From an uncultured Candidatus Saccharibacteria bacterium (GTDB lineage Bacteria > Patescibacteriota > Saccharimonadia > Saccharimonadales > JAGQNK01): a DNA stretch of 64,000 nt. Below the pieces are notes generated by a model, which worked only from the letters and a program-made list of their open reading frames with translations, searched no databases and was not told where the DNA came from. The stretch spans positions 32,746 through 96,745 of the forward strand of contig CAZWRG010000002.1 of the NCBI GenBank assembly GCA_964636355.1, in the 5' to 3' direction. Below are positions 57,899-64,000 of the stretch, piece by piece (position 1 is the first letter of the stretch; each line of letters opens with the position of its first letter). The translations under genes and the position numbers were made by a program.

Positions 57899-58338
57899 TG
57901 AAGACATATAGCGCAAAACCAAATGAAGTAACCAGAAAATGGTACGTGCTTGACGCTGCTGAAGTTCCAGTTGGCAGATTGGCAACTTTTGCCGCTAATT
58001 TACTGACTGGCAAAGGCAAGCCAATGTTTACCAAGCACATTGACTGCGGCGATTACGTAATTGTCATCAATGCCGATCAGCTAATCATGACCGGCAACAA
58101 AGCCGAGCAAAAAACTTACTACAAGTACAGCAAATACCCCGGCGGACTTAAAGAGACCAAGCTTAAGGAGCAAATGGCCAAAGATTCAACACGTGTTATC
58201 GAGCACGCCATCCGCGGCATGTTGCCAGTTAACAAGCTGCGAGCCGACCGCTTAGCTAGGTTGAAAGTCTATGCCGGCGCAGAGCACAATCACGAAGCTC
58301 AGAAACCAGAAGTAATTAAATTAGGAGAGGTTAAGTAA
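57898..58338 (+). CDS. rplM: 50S ribosomal protein L13
   Basis: RKWYVLDAAEVPVGRLAT...GDYVIVINA. Confidence 0.96.
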   Translation: MKTYSAKPNEVTRKWYVLDAAEVPVGRLATFAANLLTGKGKPMFTKHIDCGDYVIVINADQLIMTGNKAEQKTYYKYSKYPGGLKETKLKEQMAKDSTRVIEHAIRGMLPVNKLRADRLARLKVYAGAEHNHEAQKPEVIKLGEVK

Positions 58339-58339
58339 T

Positions 58340-58747
58340 ATGGCCGAGAAATCAACTCATTACCATTATGCGCTTGGCCGCCGAAAAAGCTCCACAGCCC
58401 GGGTTCGATTGATGAACGGCAAGGGTAAAATCACCATCAACGACAAAGATGTGGTTGAATATTTTGATGGCAGCAAGTCAATTCTTCATGAACTGCAAAA
58501 ACCATTTGCAGCGCTGGAGCTTGAAGCCAAAAAATTCGACATCAGCGTGGTTGTTAGTGGTGGTGGTCATGCCGGTCAGGCTGATGCAATTCGACTTGGC
58601 ATCGCTAAAGCATTGGCCATCATGAACGAAGACCTTAAGGGAACTCTTCGGCGAGCTGATCTGTTGGGCCGCGATCCAAGAGAAAAAGAACGCAAGAAGT
58701 TCGGCCTCAAGGGCGCCCGCAAACAACGTCAGTTCACCAAGCGTTAG
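58340..58747 (+). CDS. rpsI: 30S ribosomal protein S9
   Basis: GRRKSSTARVRL...GGGHAGQADAIRLGIAKAL...KARKQRQFTKR. Confidence 0.96.
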   Translation: MAEKSTHYHYALGRRKSSTARVRLMNGKGKITINDKDVVEYFDGSKSILHELQKPFAALELEAKKFDISVVVSGGGHAGQADAIRLGIAKALAIMNEDLKGTLRRADLLGRDPREKERKKFGLKGARKQRQFTKR

Positions 58748-58749
58748 TA

Positions 58750-58777
58750 ATGAGGGAACCGATATAGGTTCCCTCAT
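58750..58777 (+). other. 11-bp perfect stem-loop right after rpsI
   Basis: atgagggaacc-gatata-ggttccctcat. Confidence 0.7.
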
Positions 58778-58790
58778 CGCACCAAGAAAA

Positions 58791-58821
58791 GAAACCCCAG
58801 TAAATGGGGATTTCTTTATTT
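58791..58821 (+). terminator. intrinsic terminator closing the ribosomal supercluster
   Basis: cccca-gtaaa-tgggg core with A/T extension, followed by tttctttattt. Confidence 0.6.
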
Positions 58822-58900
58822 GGGACACTCCTTACTGAAAGTTGCGAGTAATTTTACCAATAAAATTTATAAAATTTCTAGGTTATAATATTCAAAATAC

Positions 58901-58929
58901 TTGACAAAGGGTGTATATAGCGGTATTGT
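58901..58929 (+). promoter_or_regulatory. consensus-like promoter (with TTGACAA/TTGTCAA inverted repeat)
   Basis: TTGACA (58901-58906), N17, TATTGT (58924-58929). ttgacaa and ttgtcaa are reverse complements. Confidence 0.55.
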
Positions 58930-58938
58930 CAAATAGTT

Positions 58939-59022
58939 ATGAATAAAGTAATAAATTTCTTTGCATATTGGTTTACCTCCAGCAAGCTGGCGGCTACTAC
59001 TGTGCGCATTCGTAACAAATAA
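58939..59022 (+). CDS. 27-codon leader-like ORF (or part of a ~130-nt small RNA)
   Basis: MNKVINFFAYWFTSSKLAATTVRIRNK. The ATG lies 9 nt after the -10 box with no SD, and a terminator follows at 59044-59066. Confidence 0.3.
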   Translation: MNKVINFFAYWFTSSKLAATTVRIRNK

Positions 59023-59043
59023 GAATTAAACGAAGCAATCAAG

Positions 59044-59066
59044 ACCGCCAGAAATGGCGGTTTTTT
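59044..59066 (+). terminator. intrinsic terminator with possible upstream anti-terminator partner
   Basis: accgcca-gaaa-tggcggt followed by tttttt. The upstream ctggcgg (58987-58993) can pair with ccgccag (59045-59051). Confidence 0.7.
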
Positions 59067-59087
59067 AATTTTCATTAAGGAGATCAA

Positions 59088-59276
59088 ATGGAAAACTTAC
59101 AAACATCAAATGACGCAGACCCATCAGGATCAGAACCAGAAATATCAGCTGTATCTACATGTCCAGATATAAAAGGTCGAGATGTATTACCTATAGACGA
59201 GCCTGTAGCTAGCGTTTCAGCTAATCCTGAAATGGTTGTGATGGGCGTCCGCAGGCGTTTTCGTGTAGACCTCTAA
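59088..59276 (+). CDS. hypothetical acidic 62-aa protein
   Basis: Strong SD aaggag lies 8 nt upstream. No recognised motif. Confidence 0.4.
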   Translation: MENLQTSNDADPSGSEPEISAVSTCPDIKGRDVLPIDEPVASVSANPEMVVMGVRRRFRVDL

Positions 59277-59292
59277 TCTGCAGAGTTACATC

Positions 59293-59508
59293 ATGGAAAT
59301 ATCTCCAGAAGAACTAAATAGACAAAATGACCAGCTTGTTGACAAGTGGGCTTCAGATATAAAAGAAAAACGGCTTTATGAATATGAGTCAGACCAAATG
59401 ATGCGCACGGCAATAATCGCAATAGCCCGCGCCAGAGAGGCTGGCTACTTAGCAAAAGTTGCCCGCCAGGAAAACCAAGCTATCCAAGCTCAACGCCACG
59501 GCACATAA
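59293..59508 (+). CDS. hypothetical 71-aa helical protein
   Basis: ORF only, with no SD and no recognised motif. Confidence 0.35.
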   Translation: MEISPEELNRQNDQLVDKWASDIKEKRLYEYESDQMMRTAIIAIARAREAGYLAKVARQENQAIQAQRHGT

Positions 59509-59546
59509 TGAAGCTAGTAAACCTTAGGAATGGGTTATAATAAATC

Positions 59547-60572
59547 ATGACAATGAGTAAACAAGTTATTTTAACTGGGTTGAGGGCCAATAATGACCTG
59601 CATATTGGTCATTATTTTGGCGCTATGCTGCCGATGATTGATGTAGCCAAGCAAAAAGCTGGTAAGTATCAGGTCAATATGTTTATTCCGGACTTGCATA
59701 GTTTTACGACACCGATTGATCATAGTCAGTTGCAGGATCAAATCATGAACAATCTTCGGATATTTGTGGCGGCTGGTTTGCCACTCGATAATCCCGATGT
59801 TCATATTTATCGCCAAAGCTATATTCCGGCACATTCAGAATTGACGGTCATCATGAACAATTTTGCTGGCATGGGCGAAATGGAGCGCATGACGCAGTTC
59901 AAAGACAAATCTGCCAAGCTAGGGAATGACCGAGTAACAGTGGGTCTTTTTGATTATCCGGTGCTGATGGCTTGTGATATTTTGCTGTACGGCGCTTCTT
60001 ACGTGCCAGTTGGCGATGACCAATCGCAGCATATTGAGATCACCCGTGATCTTGGGCAAAGGCTTAATACAAAATTCAACAAAGAGTTATTTGTTATACC
60101 TAAAACCGTCAAAGAACAGCACCAGTTCTTCGGCAAAGATCAAGGGCTTAGAATAAAAGACTTGGTCGACCCCACCAAAAAGATGAGCAAATCAGATGAA
60201 ACTGGCAAGGGCGTAATCTTTTTGTCTGATTCTTCCGATGTTGTCCGAAAAAAGATCATGTCAGCCACTACTGACTCATTTGGCGACGTGCAGTTTGATC
60301 ACAAAACACGACCTGGAGTTAGTAATTTGCTCGATTTATACGCCTTGTTAGGCGGAAATCCAAATGAGTTTATCGGCCAGGAACAATACGGGCCGCTCAA
60401 ACAAGCCGTTGCTGATAAGGCTGCAGGATTTATAGAAGACTTTCAGACTAAGCTGGCAGCGGTTAATGACACGGCGATCTTAAGCAAACTTGAAGCTTCA
60501 GAAAAGTTAATGAATGAACAAGCTAACCAAACACTACTTAGGGTTCAAAAAGCCGTCGGCCTAAGAGTTTAG
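59547..60572 (+). CDS. trpS: tryptophanyl-tRNA synthetase
   Basis: HIGH-type LHIGHYFG and KMSKS (KKMSKSD). Confidence 0.93.
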   Translation: MTMSKQVILTGLRANNDLHIGHYFGAMLPMIDVAKQKAGKYQVNMFIPDLHSFTTPIDHSQLQDQIMNNLRIFVAAGLPLDNPDVHIYRQSYIPAHSELTVIMNNFAGMGEMERMTQFKDKSAKLGNDRVTVGLFDYPVLMACDILLYGASYVPVGDDQSQHIEITRDLGQRLNTKFNKELFVIPKTVKEQHQFFGKDQGLRIKDLVDPTKKMSKSDETGKGVIFLSDSSDVVRKKIMSATTDSFGDVQFDHKTRPGVSNLLDLYALLGGNPNEFIGQEQYGPLKQAVADKAAGFIEDFQTKLAAVNDTAILSKLEASEKLMNEQANQTLLRVQKAVGLRV

Positions 60573-60574
60573 AA

Positions 60575-61255
60575 GTGAGTATAGAGTTGAGAAAATCGTT
60601 GGAAATTGAAGCAATATTATTTGACTGGGACGGGACGCTGGCACAGACTCTTGAAGTTTGGTTAAAGACTTTTAAACAAGCTTTCGCGGCTTTAAATATA
60701 TACCCTACGGATGCCGAGATTGGTTCTAGATTTGGCAATCTAAATATTCATTCTGAGCTTGGTGTTACGCCGGAAAGCGAGAAGATATTCTATCAACACA
60801 TAGAAGTAGTATACGATCGTCTTAAAAATGTACCTCTTTATGATGGTGCTCTTAGTGTTTTGCAGGAACTTAAAGACAATGACCTTAAGCTAGGGTTAGT
60901 TTCAACGTCAAATCGAAAAATGCTTGAGGCCGCATTTAAAAACAATAAGATTAATCATTTATTTGACGTAACGGTTACTGAGGAAGATTCTGTTAAGCAC
61001 AAGCCAAACCCAGAGCCATTGTTTATAGCCCTCGATAAATTAGGTGTTGAGCCTAAAAATGCTTTGTTTGTGGGAGATTCCATTAAAGATACCGGAGCTG
61101 CTAAAAACGCAGGTATGGATCTTTTGCTTTTCGCTCCTAAATCTCATGAAATTTATTATGATCTTAATCGACTAAGAAATGAACCTAGCGTAATAGAAGT
61201 TTTTGAAGTTTGGCAAAACTTTCCTTTTAATAGTGTTGGCTTGTACAATAAATAG
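60575..61255 (+). CDS. HAD-superfamily hydrolase (phosphoglycolate phosphatase/beta-PGM-like), GTG start
   Basis: Motif I FDWDGTL, motif II VSTS and motif III-IV K....GDSIKD. Confidence 0.8.
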   Translation: MSIELRKSLEIEAILFDWDGTLAQTLEVWLKTFKQAFAALNIYPTDAEIGSRFGNLNIHSELGVTPESEKIFYQHIEVVYDRLKNVPLYDGALSVLQELKDNDLKLGLVSTSNRKMLEAAFKNNKINHLFDVTVTEEDSVKHKPNPEPLFIALDKLGVEPKNALFVGDSIKDTGAAKNAGMDLLLFAPKSHEIYYDLNRLRNEPSVIEVFEVWQNFPFNSVGLYNK

Positions 61256-62113
61256 GTGAGTAAAGATACAAAAATCGATTTTGAGCCTGGACTAAGGCTT
61301 GATAAAGCGCTAGCTTTGGCCTTTCCGGAATATTCCAGAGCATATTTAGCGCGGCTGATAGATGGTGGCGCCGTGAAAGTCAACGAAAAACAAGCTAAAG
61401 CCGGCCACAAGCTCCGAGTTAGTGACCAAGTAAATGTGACTGTTGATTTATCCAAAGAGCAAGTGATAGAAGACATTGATTTGCCAATATTATATGAAGA
61501 CGAAAACGTTTTAGTTATTGATAAACCAGCCGGAGTTATCAGTCATAGCCGCGGTCGATATTGGTATGAGCCATCGGTGGCGTCTTTTGTGCGGCAAAAA
61601 ACTGGCCAGGAGGGTGATCGCAGCGGAATTGTTCATCGGCTTGATAGAGCAACTTCTGGTGTGATGATTTGCGCCAAAAATTCTGAAACTTTGTCCTATC
61701 TTCAAAAACAGTTTTCAAGTCGTAAGGTCAAGAAGTCTTACATGGCTGCAATTGAAGGCAAAATATCACCTGAGCAAGCAATTATTGACATGCCAATTGA
61801 GCGCAACCCTAAAGCTCCGGCAACTTTTAGAGTTGGGGCTAACGGCAAGCCTTCTCAGACAAAGTATTCTGTCTTAAAAGATTTTGAGAATTACCAACTA
61901 CTGAAACTAGAGCCGATAACCGGGCGAACTCATCAGCTAAGAGTTCATTTGGCTTATCAAAAACATCCTATAATTGGCGATAGTTTGTACGACGGCAAGC
62001 CCGCCGAGAGATTATTTTTGCATGCTGAATCGCTTGAGATCACCATACCTGATGGTCAGCGGAAAATTTTTCATTCGCCGCTACCTGAGAGTTTTAATAA
62101 ATTAGAGTTTTAA
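61256..62113 (+). CDS. RluA/RluD-family pseudouridine synthase with S4 domain, GTG start
   Basis: HRLDRATSGVMICAKN catalytic motif plus TGRTHQLRVHLA. Confidence 0.85.
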   Translation: MSKDTKIDFEPGLRLDKALALAFPEYSRAYLARLIDGGAVKVNEKQAKAGHKLRVSDQVNVTVDLSKEQVIEDIDLPILYEDENVLVIDKPAGVISHSRGRYWYEPSVASFVRQKTGQEGDRSGIVHRLDRATSGVMICAKNSETLSYLQKQFSSRKVKKSYMAAIEGKISPEQAIIDMPIERNPKAPATFRVGANGKPSQTKYSVLKDFENYQLLKLEPITGRTHQLRVHLAYQKHPIIGDSLYDGKPAERLFLHAESLEITIPDGQRKIFHSPLPESFNKLEF

Positions 62114-62116
62114 ATT

Positions 62117-62971
62117 ATGTTAATTCATCCTAAAACCAAACTAGCTGCCCAGGATTTTATTGATAAACCATCGCATGGTCTTCTGATTAGTGGCTTGCCG
62201 GGCAGTGGTAAGACTATGCTGGCGATGTATTTATTCCGGCAGCTACTCGGCCTAAATACCGATGAGCAACTTAGAAATTACGCTTATTTTTTGCATATTC
62301 AGCCGGAAGCTAATTCAATCGGTATTGATCAAATCCGGGGTTTACAAAAGTTTTTACAGTTAAAAGTACCCGGGAATAGCTATTTAAGGCGAGCCGCAAT
62401 TATCAGTGATGCTCAGCAGATGACCCTCGAGGCTCAAAATGCGCTTTTAAAAGCCCTCGAAGAGCCCCCGGAAGACACTGTAATAATCCTGACTGCCCCC
62501 AAAAGCCTTAACCTTAAAGAAACTATTTATTCAAGGGTTCAGCAAATTTCGGTTTTGAGTGTTGGCCAGCAACAATCAGCTGAATATTTCGCCAACTCCT
62601 TCACGCCAGACCAAATAAAAAAAGCTTTTCTAATTAGCGGCGGACGAGCTGGACTAATGAATTCTGTTCTGAACGATTTGGAGCATCCACTGCTTAAGCA
62701 AATTGATTTTGCTAAGGAGCTTATGGGTAAAAGCCCGTATGAACGCTTAATTAATGTTGATGATTTGTCCAAAGATCGTCAAAAAGCGGCCAACTTGATC
62801 GAAGCTTTAAAGCTAATATGCCTAACTGCCATCGGCGTTGCAGGAAATAGCAAACCGCAGCAGCTGGAGGCCTGGCAGCGTCGGCTGAAAATAATCTATG
62901 ATGCCGAGGCATCCTTAAGACACACGCCCAACCAAAAACTTCTAATGAGCGATTTATTGCTCGGGCTATAA
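62117..62971 (+). CDS. holB: DNA polymerase III delta' subunit
   Basis: GLPGSGKT and NALLKALEEPPEDTVIILTA. Confidence 0.8.
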   Translation: MLIHPKTKLAAQDFIDKPSHGLLISGLPGSGKTMLAMYLFRQLLGLNTDEQLRNYAYFLHIQPEANSIGIDQIRGLQKFLQLKVPGNSYLRRAAIISDAQQMTLEAQNALLKALEEPPEDTVIILTAPKSLNLKETIYSRVQQISVLSVGQQQSAEYFANSFTPDQIKKAFLISGGRAGLMNSVLNDLEHPLLKQIDFAKELMGKSPYERLINVDDLSKDRQKAANLIEALKLICLTAIGVAGNSKPQQLEAWQRRLKIIYDAEASLRHTPNQKLLMSDLLLGL

Positions 62972-62991
62972 CTGTAGTATAATGAGTAATT

Positions 62992-63645
62992 ATGTATGAA
63001 TTAATCCTGTTGGTGGGATTTGGGGCGTTGGCATTTAGAAGTGCTCGGGTTTTTGATGAAGACCCGCTGGCGATACCTCGAAAAATCAGCGATAAAATGG
63101 GTCAGCTTTGGGACATTGCTCACCAGGGCATGAGAGAAAAACGCTTCTTACGAGCTGAAAAGGCCCTGCTGACCATCCTGAAAATTGATCAGAAAAACGC
63201 CGCTGCCTATAACCGCTTGGGCATTTTATACGCCAAACAAAAAGAGTATAAAGACGCGATTGACTGTTTTGAAATTGCCTCAAGCATCGAACCGACTGCC
63301 TCGAGTCTTCACAACCTTGGCTTAATTTATTATGAAACTGAAAACTATCAAAAGGCAGCTACCGCTTTTGAACAGGCTCTAAAACTAGAGAACGACATGG
63401 CCGCAAGGCACATCGCCTACGCTAAAGTTCAGGAAAAACTCGGCAACACCAAATTAATGATAAGTGAGCTTGAAAAGGCGGTTGAACTTGAACCCAACAA
63501 AGAAAGCTACACACTTTTAATCAAGGCCTATCAAGATAATGACATGCAGCCGCAGGCTGATATTTTGACTGATAAACTCCAAAAATTGATTGTTCCGGCC
63601 GGAAAACCTAAAAGAGTTAAGCGTCCTAAAAGAGTTGTAATTTAA
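62992..63645 (+). CDS. TPR-repeat protein with N-terminal TM segment
   Basis: Repeated A..YN.LG..Y....Y..A...FE.A..L.P pattern. Confidence 0.75.
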   Translation: MYELILLVGFGALAFRSARVFDEDPLAIPRKISDKMGQLWDIAHQGMREKRFLRAEKALLTILKIDQKNAAAYNRLGILYAKQKEYKDAIDCFEIASSIEPTASSLHNLGLIYYETENYQKAATAFEQALKLENDMAARHIAYAKVQEKLGNTKLMISELEKAVELEPNKESYTLLIKAYQDNDMQPQADILTDKLQKLIVPAGKPKRVKRPKRVVI

Positions 63646-63689
63646 CCCCTGTTTTGATACACTTGCTCGGTATTAATAAACGTAACTAG

Positions 63690-63766
63690 GCCACCTTAGC
63701 TCAGCTGGTTAGAGCATCGGTTTTGTAAACCGAGGGTCGTCGGTTCGAATCCGACAGGTGGCTCCA
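63690..63766 (+). tRNA. tRNA-Thr (anticodon UGU), CCA encoded
   Basis: Acceptor gccacct/aggtggc, D arm gctc-agctggtta-gagc, anticodon loop tttgtaa, T arm gtcgg-ttcgaat-ccgac. Confidence 0.9.
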
Positions 63767-63769
63767 CAT

Positions 63770-63854
63770 GCTGGGATACTCAAGCGGTCAACGAGGTCTG
63801 ACTGTAAATCAGATGGCTACGCCTTCGGGGGTTCGAATCCCTCTCCCAGCACCA
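63770..63854 (+). tRNA. tRNA-Tyr (anticodon GUA), long variable arm, CCA encoded
   Basis: Acceptor gctggga/tcccagc, anticodon stem tctga/tcaga with loop ctgtaaa, T loop ttcgaat. Confidence 0.9.
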
Positions 63855-64000
63855 TGGAATTTAAGAGTATGCAAATTCACATCGAAAATTATGTCGAAGT
63901 GTTAGGCCCCTGTACAGAAGATATTAGGGATTGTGAGATTATGCGGGCAGTGATCGTCCTGCAGCAAAAGGTACCTGATGACGACAGACCTAAAACTATC
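63854..64000 (+). CDS. 5' end of an unidentified ORF running off the window
   Basis: The ATG shares its A with the tRNA-Tyr CCA. 49 open codons (MEFKSMQIHIENYVEVLGPCTEDIRDCE...). It starts with the same ATGGAATTTA decamer seen at 42732, 46595 and 46616. Confidence 0.3.
   Translation, partial: MEFKSMQIHIENYVEVLGPCTEDIRDCEIMRAVIVLQQKVPDDDRPKTI

Overview
This window looks like a core-genome segment of a small-genome bacterium, probably a Candidate Phyla Radiation / Saccharibacteria-like lineage. That placement is an inference from three things: ribosomal protein L30 is absent between rpsE and rplO, adk and map are absent between secY and infA, and most gene junctions are TAATG stop/start overlaps.

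The left part (1-29.4 kb) holds housekeeping genes. These are a frameshifted WhiB-like gene, malic enzyme, rplS, rnhB, yraN, pepN, nusA, clpC, radA, a class A PBP, tyrS, recG, rsmD, tRNA-Leu, hisS, tig and clpP, interspersed with orphan ORFs.

The right part (29.7-58.7 kb) is one long rpoBC-str-S10-spc-alpha supercluster: rpoB, rpoC, rpsL, rpsG, fusA, tuf, rpsJ ... rplQ, rplM, rpsI. It is followed by trpS, a HAD hydrolase, a pseudouridine synthase, holB, a TPR protein, tRNA-Thr and tRNA-Tyr.

The most unusual signal is inside the ribosomal supercluster.
- Every long intercistronic gap is occupied by a lineage-specific insert. These inserts are two 4-Cys small ORFs flanking rpsG, a 64-codon ORF between rplV and rpsC, a membrane ORF with its own terminator and promoter between rpsJ and rplC, and five ~70-105 nt low-complexity tandem-repeat hairpin modules.
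- Three of these modules are also readable as 34-35 codon ORFs whose stop overlaps the downstream gene's start as TAATG; two of them also start on the upstream gene's TAATG.
- Three or four modules end in a shared CGACU-N3-4-GGAG motif.

Other leads are listed below.
- CIRCE (HrcA-type) operators lie on the clpC and clpP promoters.
- A tRNA-Leu is flanked by tRNA-half copies that enclose a divergent AdoMetDC-like ORF.
- Several genes have a leaderless promoter/start geometry.
- An attenuator-like leader unit lies upstream of the trpS cluster.

All calls come from reading the sequence and the ORF track by eye; no searches were run.
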